From Camelus ferus (lineage: Eukaryota), in the NCBI RefSeq assembly GCF_009834535.1, contig NC_045696.1:76944001-77008000 (forward strand): a DNA stretch of 64,000 bases, in the 5' to 3' direction. Shown in pieces: positions 12,025-25,065 of this stretch (its first letter is position 1; the number at the start of each line of letters is the position of its first letter). The notes beneath the pieces are model-generated. The model saw nothing but the letters and a program-made list of their open reading frames with translations. It was not told the DNA's origin and made no database searches. The translations under genes were made by a program, and so were the position numbers.

Positions 12025-12590
12025 CAGCTTGGGTTCAAAACCTGGTTCTATCAATGATGATATGCATTAGTCTGCTCAGTCTGCTGTAACAAAATACTGT
12101 AGACTGGGTGGCTTAAACAATGGACATTGATTTCTCATAGTTCTGGAGGCTGGGAAGTGCAAGACTGGGATCCAGGGTGATTTGGCTCCTGTCGAGGGCC
12201 TCAATCCTGGCTTGCAGTTACTGCCTTCTCACTGTGTCCTCACATGGAGTGACCTCCCCCCTGCCCAGTAAAGCCAGTAATACCACCATGAGAACCCACC
12301 CTCATGACTGCATCTTTAATTACCTTCCAAAGACCCCATTTCCAAATGCCATCGCATTGGGGGTTAGGGTTTCAATGTACAAATTTGAGCGAGGGACACA
12401 ATTGAATCTATATAATGTATATGAATACATAAAATTGTTCAATCATTCTACTTTGTTACGCTTCATTTTTCTCACCTATAGAAGAAAGATATTAGAACTT
12501 ACCCATAGAATTGTTACATTCAGTGAGTCAACATTCTTAAAGCTCTTTTAAAAAGAGCCCAGGCACACAGTAAGTGCTATTTGAGGATTT
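12025..12590 (+). mobile_element. MIR SINE interrupted by an MLT1 LTR
   Basis: 5' part gggttcaaaacctggttctatca; 3' part cttcattttctcacctatagaag...cccaggcacacagtaagtgctatt. Confidence 0.65.
12063..12417 (-). mobile_element. ERVL-MaLR solo LTR (MLT1A-like)
   Basis: tgcattagtctgctcagtctgctgtaacaaaatactgtagactgggtggcttaaacaa...ttctcatagttctggaggctgggaagt...ttgggggttagggtttcaa...gggacacaatt. Confidence 0.85.
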
Positions 12591-12609
12591 GTTAAATAAA
12601 TAAAAATAA

Positions 12610-13400
12610 AGTGCATGCCAAACAGAGAAAGAGCATGGACGCAACTTCTGAGGAGACAGTGGCTCAACAACTTCTGAGCACAGAAAGGAAGCCAGTCTAT
12701 GAGCAGAACAAAGAGTAAGGTTTGAGGGAAGCTTGAGATGAGGTGGAAGAGGGAGCCGGGGTGAGATCCACTCAGACATCAAGGTCCTGGTAAGGGATGT
12801 GTGTTTTGTTGTAAATGCGATGGGAAGCCATTTTATTTTAATCAACAAATTTAAAGATTAGGTTTATTTATTTATTTATTTTAAAAATTAGCTTGGATGA
12901 TCTGTGGAGAGTGGATTGTAAAGGTGAAAGAAAGGAGGTGCAGATTACCACCAAGAGGCTACTGTTCTCATCCAGTCAAGGATACTTACGTAGGCTGGAG
13001 CAGAGTAGCGGTGACAGTCTGAGGAAAAATCCAGAGTCTTAAGTTGTATTTGGGAGATCAAATGGATAGAATTTATTAATTGATTGGATGAAAGAAAAGG
13101 GAGATAAGAGAATCAAGGATGACACTCAGTTTTCTGATTTAAGTTTTTGGCTGTAAAAAAGTGTTACAGAATACCTGGGAGATGAATAGATTTATTGGGA
13201 AGTGGAATCAAGACTTCAGTTTTAGATCTGTCAAGACTGAGATGCATGTGAGCTGTCTGGGTGGAATACTTAATTGGCTTTATTATCTATACAGGAGTTT
13301 GGTGGTGAGGTGTGCGCCAGGCATTATTTGCAGAAGTGAACTATATGTAGATGGTGTTTAAAGTTAACAAATGGATGTTATTTAGGACAAGGATGAGAAA
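12610..13400 (-). mobile_element. L2 LINE remnant
   Basis: Antisense L2 motifs (aaatgcgatgggaagccatt, gaggctactgttctcatccagtcaag, agaatcaaggatgacactcagttttctg). Confidence 0.7.
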
Positions 13401-13469
13401 ATATATTTACAGGGGTCGGAGGGGATTGTGGGGGTCATGATGCCAAAAGATGGCCAACTTAAATAATTT

Positions 13470-13865
13470 TTTAAACTTTTTTCTATTATTATAAAAATCT
13501 TCAAATATACAGAAGTTTGACCAAGGCCACATGGTACAGTGATCAGCCACATACCTACTACCTGGATTCAATAATTGTCAACATTTTGCCGTATTTTGTT
13601 CATCTATCATCCTATCTCTGTAGCTATATCTACAGTTACATTTACATCTGTGTCTGTTCAGATATATCTTTCTGAATTACTTCAAAATAGGTTGTGGATC
13701 TTATGACAATTTACCACTTAATATTTCAGCAGGCATCTCCTAAAACTAAAGACATTGTTCTGAGTAACCATAATACCATTATCATATATTACAAAATCGG
13801 CAATAATTTACCAACATAACACCTAATTCGTATTCAGATTGACTCAAGTTTCCCCAAATGCTTTT
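13470..13865 (-). mobile_element. ancient L1 (L1ME-like) 3' end
   Basis: aaaatcttcaaatatacagaa...aataattgtcaacattttgcc...atatttcagcaggcatctcctaaaactaaagacattg...taaccataataccattatca. Confidence 0.65.
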
Positions 13866-14414
13866 TCGGCATTTGAGATTGACAGCACTTAAAGACCAGG
13901 TAGACAAGCAGAAGCTATGAGAGGGGATAGAGAAGTAAAGTTCTCACTAGAAAATAAGACAGGGAAGCCTGGTCTCAGAGAGGCCAGAAGAGAAGTGATT
14001 TCAAGGATGCTAGGTCTGTAAATACAGTGGCTTTCAGCAGGTAGCTCCTTGTCCTGGAAAAGATGGGTCTAAGGCTACTTGAAAGAGAGTCACAGCGTGA
14101 CTTACTGATATCCTTCCAGACTAAAGATTTACGATGAATTATGAGTATTCATATCCCAGTTGACTCGGTGAAGAATTAAAGATGAGAGGAGGTAAAGTCC
14201 AATATTATTTAATGAAGGGCTGTAGGTTGACCCCTGCCTGCTGACTTGGACTTTATCTTTCAGTTTGGCAGTTTTAGAATGCTTTTCTGCCGGCACCTGA
14301 CCCAATTTCAGTGATTCCTCTCCTCTTTAAGTTTTTTACTCCCTGCATGTCCTATTAAATATGTCATTAATTTAATGTTATTTACAATCCCACTTCTTTA
14401 CTCCTCTCACCAAT

Positions 14415-14545
14415 TAGAATCACCATGTCATTTATCTCTCAAACTAGAACATTTTTTAAAGTAAAAGGGGGTACCGTGAATAGTTACACAGAATTAGAGG
14501 TATAAAGTAGAGTTTCACATGAACTAGTTTGTAGGGTTGCCCCAT
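14415..14545. mobile_element. hAT-Blackjack fossil (MER81-like)
   Basis: tagaatcaccatgtcatttatctctcaaactagaacattttttaaagtaaaagggggtacc resembles recalled MER81. Confidence 0.4.
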
Positions 14546-15417
14546 GTGTGGATAAATTGCCTTCTCCCTTTCTTTTTCCTCCCTCTCTCACTCTGTCCTT
14601 TATGGCTGAGGCCTCTCAAAATATCAAGAATGAAAGACCCCAAGATACCCCTATGAAAAAGCAACCTCTCCATGTATCTTCCAAGAAATCACAGACTAAA
14701 ATGCGCGTAACCACAACCTTTCAAAACTTTAAGCACTTTTAAGTGGTTTATGGCCGTATCTTACTTTTTCTAATATTTCTGATTTCCCAGGTTTTCCTTC
14801 CTTACAAATTTTTATTTAGTATATCATTTCTAGAATCTCTTTGTAATTACTTTAATCTGCAAGAGTCTCTACTAAGTCCTTGCCTAAAAAATATACAAGT
14901 TGAAATACACCTTAAATATCTGTTACCCTATTTCACATAATTGATGGATTATATTCTTTTAGTAAAAAAGGAAGTCAATTTAATGGAAGCACAGTTGCCA
15001 AATGTATTTGGAAAAGCTTTGTACATGGTAAGCTACCAATAACTACTTGTTGAGTGAACAAATAAAATGACCCAAATTAAAGTTTTAGTTTTCTTAAATT
15101 GGTAGAAATTAGGCTAAACTCTTTGGTTTTCTTATAAGAAAAGTATCAAGAAGCAAAGTTGAACACAAAGGAGATTAATTCTTTCCTTCATCCTTTCTAC
15201 CATTACTCTTTTAATTTAAATCAAAATAAGTATATGGTAAGTACGTACTAAGAGTTCCAAAAGCATTGGAGTTTTGGGTTTCTCCCCAAAGTAGGATTAA
15301 AAATGGATCACACTATTACATTCTGTTTTCAAATGTGATTTTGGTAGGTCAGTAGAACCTGTGGGGTATTTTTTTTTTTTTTTTTTTTTTTGTAGTTTTC
15401 AGTTTCTTCTCTGTCTT

Positions 15418-15825
15418 TTTAAAAAGACAGTTTCTTCTTAGAGCAATTGTAGGTTTACAACAAAATTGAGAGAAGTACAGAGATTTCCCACAAACCCCAC
15501 CCCGACACATGCATAGTCTCCCCCATTATCAATAGTGCTCCCCAGAATGGTACTTTTTTTTTTCTGAACCAAGGGTGAGTGTACATTGACACATTATAAT
15601 CGTTCAAAGTCCATAGTTTACCTTAGGGTTCACTCTTGGTGTTGACAAATCTCCAAGAGTGAGTTCTGTGAGTTTGGACAAAAGCACAAGTACATATAGC
15701 CATTGCTGTAACACCACGAAAGTATTTCACTGCTCTAAAGATCCTCTCCTGCTTTGCCTAGTCATCCCCCCCCCCCACCCCGCCACCACCACTGATCTTT
15801 TACTGTTTCCGTTGTTGTGCCTTCT
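15418..15825 (-). mobile_element. old L1 (L1MC-like) 3'UTR
   Basis: ttagagcaattgtaggtttacaacaaaattgag...gtacagagatttccca...caaagtccatagtttaccttagggttcactcttggtgttg. Confidence 0.75.
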
Positions 15826-15844
15826 GAGTGTTTTCTTATTTACT

Positions 15845-16380
15845 TGTCAGCAGTGGGACTTCTATAAAATAATTTTGAAGGACTTCAGCTTTCAAGTTGT
15901 CTTTCAGTTCTCTGCATCTGTTCCTGTTATCTTCTGTGCTCTTCTCTGTATTGCAGGGCTGGTAAGCTAAACACTACATATCCCAAGCTCCCTTCCTATT
16001 AGAGTTCTGGGTATGATTTCGCTTCTGCCAATAAAATGTACTAGCATGAAATGTAGGAGACAGAGGGGAGGCAGAGGCCATCTCCTAGCTGCTGTGGTGG
16101 CCTGCAGCAAGTCAGATGGGTACGTTTACTGTAGCCCAACTCCTGTGCCAGTGGGTAGTTACCATCTTCATGGATGTAGAAGCAGCGGGAGCAGCAACAG
16201 TTTCCTCATCCCCAGTTTCTAGCCAGGATGGTGTCACCTTGGGGCTAGTGGTCCACTGGTGACCCCTTGCCTTCTCTGCTCCTTCCAACAATTTGTAGGC
16301 ACTGAATTTCTGTGTTACATCCTTTCTAAATGAGATACCTAAAGGATTTTTGGTTTCTTAAACTGAACCTTAAATGATAC
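15845..16380 (+). mobile_element. ERVL LTR (LTR33-like)
   Basis: ctctgtattgcagggctggtaagctaaacactacatatcccaagctcccttcc...ttctgccaataaaatg..., ending aactgaaccttaaatgatac. Confidence 0.6.
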
Positions 16381-19300
16381 CAGCTTGATAATGTTTAGCT
16401 TTCTGTATTGCACAGTTTAATGAAGCAGTTCTCCATTGAACATGTAAGTTGGTTATAAGGTTTATACGCTTTGAGTTTATACGTGTATGAACTATGCTGT
16501 GAGGATCATTCTTATTGTTAAATATTTCAATTTATAATAGAAATATTATACTTGACCTTAAGATACATCGTATATACTTTTTCCAGGAACGTAAGGCACA
16601 CCCACAGACACATAGGCATATCTGTATTCCTTATATCCATACTCCAGACAGGTAGTCGTAATTTCCTGAATTCCTTCCTCTAGAAGGGCTGTAGAAATGA
16701 ATAGTTGCAGAACTTAATATAAGAATTGAGAAAATTTTATCTTGATGGAGGAGAAGAGTAAGGGAGGGAAAGAAATGGTGGACCACAGGGCAGTGGGTTG
16801 CTAAGTGGCATGCTGTGTAGGGCCAGTTAAACCTGCAACATCCTCAGACACTGAAAACAGGATGGTACCTCCTCCCACCTTCTTTAAATCTCTCTCCGAA
16901 CATATGTATATGTGTATATATGTACAGATACGTATCTATGTCTAAATGCCTCTCTCTATATATAGATAAGTAGGTAAATATCTCTAAAAAATGTTTGCCT
17001 TTCTCCCTGTGTCGACTACGTTGATGCTTCCAAAAATATATTAAAAATCCAAATCTTAACTTTTCCCTCTTTTGGGTCTCCACTTTGCCAGTGCCCTGAG
17101 CACGTGCCTCAGATTGGGAGTCCTCAGTGCCTTGATTAATGGGTCTGAAACAACTTTTGGAGCTGGTGTGAAGGAAGGATAATGATACCTTGAAGAGAAC
17201 TTTCTACCAGGTTTACACTTTCGCCTGGGTCAGCCTGGGCCAGCTGGGAGTGAGCACACAGGGAAGAGGAGGAGGGGGTCTTTTCAAGGCATCACAGATC
17301 AGCTCTATTAAACCTCTGCCTGCTTCAGTTGCCCCTGGAGCAGTAGTCCGGCTGGCTTTTCCCTGTTGGTTAATTGTCCGCATCCCTTTCTAACTGTCCT
17401 CTTGTGAGTTCTCTCTCTCTCCCTTGGCAGGGAGTTCATCCCCAAGCACCTGATGATGTGCTGGTATCTGGCTCTCAAAACAGCTTTATTGAACAGGTTT
17501 AAAGGCAGAAATGGATAAATGAAGTAATGGAGATAATGCATGCTACCCTATCCCCAGAAATTCTTCCTCCACCATCACACATATGTGGGTGAGATAACTA
17601 GGCTCAGAGACATGTGCATTCTACTGTGAAAAACGTCCTTTTCTGAATTTCCATTGTTTGATTTCATGTTTTATGTAGATAGAGTTGGAGACAGATAGGA
17701 ATGTAGTTAGAAGGCGACAAATACCACAATTATGTAGACCTATCTATATTCTCATTGTTTAAAAAAATCAGAAATTGTTTTAGTTTCTTGGCATTTGTGA
17801 AAGCAGTTCCTTTGGGATGATTGGATGTGATCTTCCTAAAGCTTTTTCTTACTCATTTATCTCCATGATTTTCTACTCCATGTTTTTTGAATTAAACTCA
17901 GCACATTGTTTTTCTTAACTGAAAGGTCAGACTTTCGATCTGATTATTTCACTGGAATTATCAGCCAATGACATCTCTATTTTTCTAAAGATATTGATTT
18001 CTCTAATTTCCTTTTCTCTAAATGTATCTCAAAGCTAGTATTAAGGTTCTCTTTCTCTTAGTGTACATTGTGCATGTTTTTTAAGGTATTTTGGGAAGAT
18101 TTAGCTGATTCACTCTTTGTCTGCCAGATGTTTATTTCACAAATGAAATGCTTTGAATGCTTTTATAGTGGGGAACATTTATGAAGTGTACTCCCCAGGT
18201 ATATTACAAGCGGGTATAAATTTCTTAAAGATTTGTAGAACTGAAGGCAATTCAGAGACTATTTCTGCACATTTTCAAATATCTGGATCTGGAACAGAGA
18301 CTTGGCTTAGTAGATTTAAAAAAAATATTTGCCAGTTTAATCAAGAGGGAATCTGAAATTTGTACCACTTTACCATATAATTTCAGGATGCCCTAATTGG
18401 TGCTCTGTAGTTCAAATTTTCCCACAGTATGTTCTAAGAAACAGCAGTTTGGAGGAACATTCATAGGTGCTATTCAAAGAGATGACTGTGATCAAATAAA
18501 GTTCAGGCAGAATAAAACTAAATGGGCTTCTTTACTTGAGGAAGTCTGGGAAAGTGTAACATGCTTCTGTGCTCTGCTTTTCTCCAAGAGGGGCATAAAG
18601 TTTACAGATTTTCTCATGTATTTGGCCTCAAAGGGCACCTTTTTAAAATTTTTTCCCACAGAGCAATTTTGTGGAATTACATTCTACAGGACATGTTTTA
18701 GACTCTTAGTGTAGACCAAAAGATTGAGTTTGACAAAATGAGATTTTGATTGATTTAAAAAAACATTTTTTTTCTGCAAAATAATAAATAAGAGATGAAC
18801 TGATGTTTCTTATCTTCTTCTAACCCTTTTAAAGATCAAATGAATCACTTACACATACTCCTCACAAGTAGTCTGGACACATAGCCACTACCCTGAGCCT
18901 CATAGAGCTTCTAAGTCAATTTCCCAGAAATCCTGCTGCCTTCATTTCTTATTAGAGTCAATAGTGGGCAAGAAATCAATCTCTTATAACATTGGATACT
19001 GTTAGCAGTATCAGGAGAGCCTTTCTTACTGGGCTAGCATTCAGGAGGATGAAATGTAGAGGTCTCTATGGGATGAAGATTTCCTTAAATAAGCTCTAAA
19101 TTAAGTAAGCATCTATCAAGTGTGGGTGCTTTGTCAGTGCTGTGTGAAGTGGGTAAAAATGTGGATGATGAATTCTCTTTTCTATTACCTCCTTCATATG
19201 AGCCTTATGGTTCTGTAAGGAAATTCTGACTATATTTTCTATTAGTGGTATAATTTTCCTAACCATATTCTCAGTCCTTCACTGGTATTCTCTTTGTGTT

Positions 19301-19390
19301 AGTTAATTTAAAAAGAAGCAGGCATAGAGGTACAGGAGAATAAAAAGCCCTTTTCTCAACATACCAAGTATGAGGAAGTCCTAAGTAGAA

Positions 19391-20291
19391 ATTTAACCAA
19401 AGAAGACATCCAGATGGCCAACAGGCACATAAAAAGATGTTCAATCGCTAATTATTAAAGAAATGCAAATCAAAACTACAATGAGGTATCACCTTACACC
19501 AGTCACAATGGCTGTTAGTAAAAAGTCTACAATTAGTAACTGCTGGAGTGAGTGTGGAGAAAAGGGAACCCTCCTACACTGTTGGTGGGAATGTAAATTG
19601 GTGCAGCCACTATGAAGACAGTATGGAGGTTTGTTAAAAACTAAAAATAGAGCTACCATATGATCCAGCAATCTCACTCCTGGGCATATATTCAGAGAAA
19701 ATTACAATTTGAAAAGACACATGTGCCCCAGTGTTCATAACAGCACTATTTACAATAGCCAAGACATGGAAACAATGTTCCATGACAGATGTTCACTGAC
19801 AGATGACTGGATAAAGAAGAAATAGAATATTACTCAGCCATAGAAAAGAACAAATTAATACCATCTGCAATGACATGGATAGATCTAGAGATTGTCATAT
19901 TGAGTAAAGTAAGTCAGACAAAGACAAATATCATATGATATCACTTACATGTGGAATCTAAAAAAGTCTACAAATTCTATTTAGAAACCAAAAATAGACT
20001 CACAGACATAGAAAACAAACTGGTTACCAAAGGAGAAAGGGCAGGGGAGGGATAAATTAGGAGTTTGGGATGAACAGACACACATTACTCTATATAAAAC
20101 AGATAAACAATAAAGACCTATGGTAGAGCACAGGGAACTCTATTCAATTTCTTGTAATAACATATAATGGCAAAGAATCTGAAAAGAAAATGAATGTATG
20201 TATGTATATGTGTAACTTACTTTTGCTGTACACCTGAAACTAACATTGTAAATCAACTACACTTCAATAAAACATTAAAAAGAAAAAAAAA
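19391..20291 (+). mobile_element. 5'-truncated LINE-1 (ORF2 C-terminus + 3'UTR)
   Basis: Alignable by eye with 3159-4094 (ccaaagaagacatccagatggccaacaggcac...gaaatgcaaatcaaaactacaatgag...cttcaataaaa + A tail). Confidence 0.95.
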
Positions 20292-20980
20292 GTGAACATA
20301 TCAAGCATGAGTGCTCTATTAGATGTTAAAATGGAGATGTTGAATACACACTGCTATATATAAAATAGGTAAACAACAAGGACTCATGGTATAGCGCAGG
20401 GAACTATAGTCAATATCTTGTAATAACCTATAATAGAAAAGAATCTGAAAAAGAATATATATATGTATAACTGGATCACTTTCCTGTCCACCTGAAACTA
20501 ACACAACATTGTAAATTTACCATACTTCAATAAAAAATGGTTAAAAAAGGGAGTTGTTGAGTAGCTGTTGGACAGATTGTCTAGAGTTGAAGTAAAATTT
20601 GCGGCTGCTCATATACATTTGGGATCCATCAGAGTAAAGATGACATTTAAAGCGTGCAGTGGATGAAATCACCTAGATATGTGGTGTAGATAGGGCTGAG
20701 AGGAGGCTCAAGAACTGACCCTTGGGGACAAATCTGCATTCAGAGATCAGGAAGAGGAAGAGGATGCAGGCAAAGAGGTGGTGAGAAGTGACCAGGGTCT
20801 CGGAAGGAAAACCTGAGAATATGCTGTGCTTGAGAAACCAAATGGAGACACCGTTTCAGGAAGAAAGAAAAAAGTCATGTCAAATGCTCTGGAGTCAAGT
20901 AAGATGAGGTCTAAGAACTTTCCATAGGATATGGCAATGTTGGGGTCATTGGGAACATTGAGGAAAGCGATTTTTGTGAA
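20292..20980 (-). mobile_element. L2 remnant, interrupted by a short L1
   Basis: Antisense L2 motifs ggagatgttga(g)tagctgttgga, gtggatgaaatcacctag, aagaactgacccttgggga, gtcaagtaagatgagg. Confidence 0.7.
20347..20544 (+). mobile_element. short L1 3'UTR fragment with TSD
   Basis: Matches the last ~200 nt of the 3'UTRs of the 3.2 kb and 19.4 kb L1 copies. Flanking direct repeat is 16/19 identical (20328-20346 / 20545-20563). Confidence 0.85.
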
Positions 20981-23036
20981 GGGGGTGTCCTCTGTATGTT
21001 GCTAGCAGTGGATGATATCACATAAATTGCTTTTCAAAGGGGGTCACCATAGTGGCTTCAGCCAAACATCGGCCCTTTTACTCATATAATTGTCTTTGGA
21101 TTAAAAGCTACCCTTCTAGTTCGTAGATATGTTTCTGCATGCAGATGGATGACAGATAAAATGAATTTATTTTTGTGGCTAGGATTTTTTTTCTGTAATC
21201 TTTTGATTTAAACTTGGTTCATGTACACAGAGAATATGCTGGATATATGATGAAAAGCTGTTAAGAAAACATTTGAAATGAAACCCTGAAACTGAGTTTT
21301 TCAAATTGTTATTTTTTTTCATTTTAATGAGGCTTTTTCTTTGGCACCAAAGCACCACTATTTCTTCCTAGGCTGCTTTTGAGTTAGTATTGTGATAATA
21401 AGGTAAACTTAATTTTATATACTTTATAAGATTTTTTTTATATCGAGATGGCTTTAATTTATATTATTCCTATTCTTCATTCTGGGCGGGATAGATGGAT
21501 ACTATCACATCCATCTCTTAGTCTCAAGATGAGTTGCAATTAAGAAATTAGAGTGAGCTCATTATACACTAATATTAAATATCTCCAGGAAAAGAGATTA
21601 GAAATGTACTAGGAAATTGTAATAGCTTTTCCTGAAACATTCAAGCTTTTTCTAATAAATATTGTAATTCCAATTTCAACTGAACTGAGGTCACACGGAG
21701 CAGTCAAGCATAGCTTCTCAATACCATTTGTATAGTCTGTATTTTTTTCCTACCTCATATTTTAGTCTGTGTGTCAAATGGAGAAAGTGAGTTATGTTGT
21801 GTCTCTCTCTCTCTTCCCTCTCATTTTGGGGAAAATAAGACAGCCTGACAATGAACTGAGCTTTTCGAGGTCACCACCTTCCATTCCCGTTTCTCCATTT
21901 GTAGAACGGGCTAAGAGTTTCCCCTTCGTCGTGTCCTCTGAGTGTTGGAAGTCTGACTAGATCATTAGACTCGTTAGGTACCTCCCTGTCAATTGTCTCC
22001 TTCTACTGGGAGAAAGTCCGCGTGCTCTATTTATGATTTGAAATCTACACAAGAAAGACTATTTGCTGTATTTGTTATTTGAATTCTGTGAGGAAGTTTA
22101 GGCAACATACATTCGGGTAATTTCAAGAGAATTTGGTATTAGGTGCAAAGCTTGATCCTCACTGTAACCAACTACAGACCTCATACTGATGTTAGCTTTT
22201 CTTGCTTGTTAACATTTATCACGGTAGAGCCTGTGAGCAAACCTCGACTGCAGTCTCCAAAGATAAAGAAGCTGCAAAGTCGATTGAATGCATTTTTCTT
22301 TTTCTTTCTTTTTTTTTTTTTCCCTGGTGAGCTGTGAGATTATGAGATAATTTGCAGAATAGCAGTGCCTGGCAGGATCATCAAATAGGGCTGATTTTGG
22401 ACACATACATTTTCAATCTCAGTAGTTTCTAGTTTTGATTACAAACACATCTTTAAAGGAGTAGTTGAATTTTGCCATTTCATATCCTGTAGATGGCAAT
22501 GTTGCACTTGAAAAATAAACAGATAAATGCTTAAAGAGAGTCTAAGCTTCCCAGATGCAGCATTACTTAATAACCAGGGAACGGGAGAGCTTTAATGCCA
22601 ATTCAAGGTATACAGTTTGGAAAATGTATTTCAGATGTAGAGTATGTATGGAATAGATAAATATCTATAAGTGCCAGCGTTTACATTTTAAATTGTGCGT
22701 GGTTTCAGAGAATGTTTTGGTTAACTGGGCTCTTTTTTCTAAGCTGTGTCAATTTTCTTTAATAATGCTTTATTTCAGGGCTTACACTTCGGTTGCTTTC
22801 ACATTGCTGAAAGAGGAAGAAAAATCGTCGTTATTAAAACGTACAGACTCTTAAAATGTGCACAGTTTACTGAGCCACCGGAGAACAGGCAGACAAGGGA
22901 CCCGGGGGAACACGTGAGGCCTTCTCCTCCGTGTCAAGGGCAGTGTCACTTTCCCTGGGCCTGAGCCCTGAGGAGGCAGGGACTGAGGCAGGAGGGAGTG
23001 CTTTCTCCAGCAGCTCATTTTGTCTTTCTCATTCAG

Positions 23037-23254
23037 TGGATTCGATTTCAAAAGCAGCCAGGAGAGAGCCAGATGAGAGAAGGTTTTAATTAAAATATAA
23101 GCCCTCAATAAGGCATATATGCTAAATCACTTGCTTTTAAATGGAGATGAAAAATTCAAATGGATATAAAGGCATACTGCAAGCTTATAGCAGGAAAATG
23201 TAAACTGAAAATATCAACTTTAGAAACCTAGTATGTTGCCATTTGGACCTAAAG
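23037..23254 (+). other. candidate non-coding exon
   Basis: Branch-like ctcat, pyrimidine tract tttgtctttctcattcag| acceptor, and donor AAG|gtacgt. Stops in all three frames. Confidence 0.3.
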
Positions 23255-23699
23255 GTACGTTTTTCATGACCTCATGACCGTAGACTGAAGAAGGCACATG
23301 AAGAAACAGAATCATGGTCTTGTTCTGGTCCATTATCCTCCTTAAACTGTGAAATCCCCAACACGATTGTTATTGCTCAGAATATACATTTCTTGGTAAA
23401 TTTAATCCAGATGAAGAAGTGATTATATGCTCTTTGATAAGAATAGGAGAAGAATAAAATGAATTGGGATCATGGGAAGAATTTGAAAACGTGATTTAAA
23501 AATTTTGGTATCATGTCAGATTGAAAGAGCGTGACCTCCTTAGGAGCAGAATAACTGCTAGCCGTATTTTTTTTCCCAAGCAAATGAATATTAATTTGAG
23601 CTGTTAGAAACTTCTGGTCATATTCCACTTTATTGTGCATTTATGCTCTGGCTTCCCCTCTTTTCTGAATTCACTGACAGCACAAGAGGCAAGGACATC

Positions 23700-23850
23700 T
23701 ACAGCACAGGTGTCGAGGTTGGACAGCCCTGTGGTGACACTTGGCTCCGCCCACCTCAGCCTGGTGACTTGGCGTAAGTCACTTGATTATAATGAACTTC
23801 AGCTTTAATCAATGAAATAGCAAAAATATCTGTACCCATTTTTTAGGTAT
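23700..23850 (+). mobile_element. MIR remnant
   Basis: ttggctccgcccacctcagcctggtgacttggcgtaagtcacttga. Confidence 0.5.
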
Positions 23851-24849
23851 TTTGGCTTATACAATAAATAATGGCTTTTATAGTCTTATTTTTTTCCTCT
23901 GAGGAATAAAATCTTTTCTCTCATCATTTTCCCTTCTTTTGGCAACAAAAATATTACATAGAGATTGTTCAATGAGCATTTGTTAAAACGAATAGCTGAA
24001 AGAGTGAGTTAATTAATTATTGAAGAAAGTTTGTTCAATGACATTCATATCAGGAAATTCCCTTCAACTTTCTCTCCACTCAAGCCTGGGGCAGAGTCAC
24101 CGTATCTCAGACGACTGTGATTGAATGGTACAGGAGAGAGGACGCAAAGCAAAAGGAAGTCAATATATTTAGAAGTTTCTATGGCGTGTCAAGTAGAATC
24201 ACAGAACTTTTCCTGTTGAGGAGAATTTTTGATGAAGTTTATGTAGGGCTGAACTCTTCAATTTGTGAGGGTGTGCTCATTCTGGGTCTTGAATTATGAC
24301 CAGGAAAATCAGCGAGACCTCAGGTTCCATTTCAAAAGAAAGGTTAATAATTTGTTTGCTTATTGTATGTATGTGTATGTTTTCATTTTAAAGCAAAGAG
24401 GTTACTGGGGTTCTGGTCTATATACAAACAAGTTTAGAGAGCTTTACAAGACACAAAACACTGCTGAAGTATCCCAAAGCAAAACATTTAGGTTTAATAA
24501 GATTTCAGAGGATGCAAATTCTTGTAAATTAGCTTTTTTTTTTTTTTTTTTTTTTTACTGTGAAGTGAATGCTTCAGCTAATGATTACAAATAAATGTAA
24601 TCCTATAAAACTTGTGGCCCATCTGAGAAGTCTGTGATTAAAAATTGGATTCCGGATATAAACTCCTTTTCCTGGGTTCAGTGTATTTTGTGAAACAGCC
24701 TGCCAATAAGGAATGATGCATTTGGATGACTTGTGTTTAGTCAAAAACAGAAGGCAGGCTTTTCAACTTTTGAAATAAACCACTATCTCATGTACATGCT
24801 TGAGATCTAGAACACATTAATTTCTATCATAATGAACATCAAATGTCTC

Positions 24850-25065
24850 TACTATTGAGAGAATGCTTCCCCGATACCTGGTATTATGTTAAACAGCCTA
24901 CACGGTTGATCTTCCCATGGTTCTCTTCCCTAATATGTCAATGTGATCATCATCAACCTTCTTTTAAAGAGGAATAGACTGCTGGCGAGGTTAAATAAGC
25001 AGTTTGTTGCTTCCAGCCAAGAAGTGGTATGCTTGGGCCCTGAGCCCAGGCAGTCTGACCACAGT
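24850..25065 (-). mobile_element. MIR remnant
   Basis: ctactattgagagaatgc...gaggttaaataagc...agaagtggtatgcttgggccctgagcccaggcagtctgac. Confidence 0.55.
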
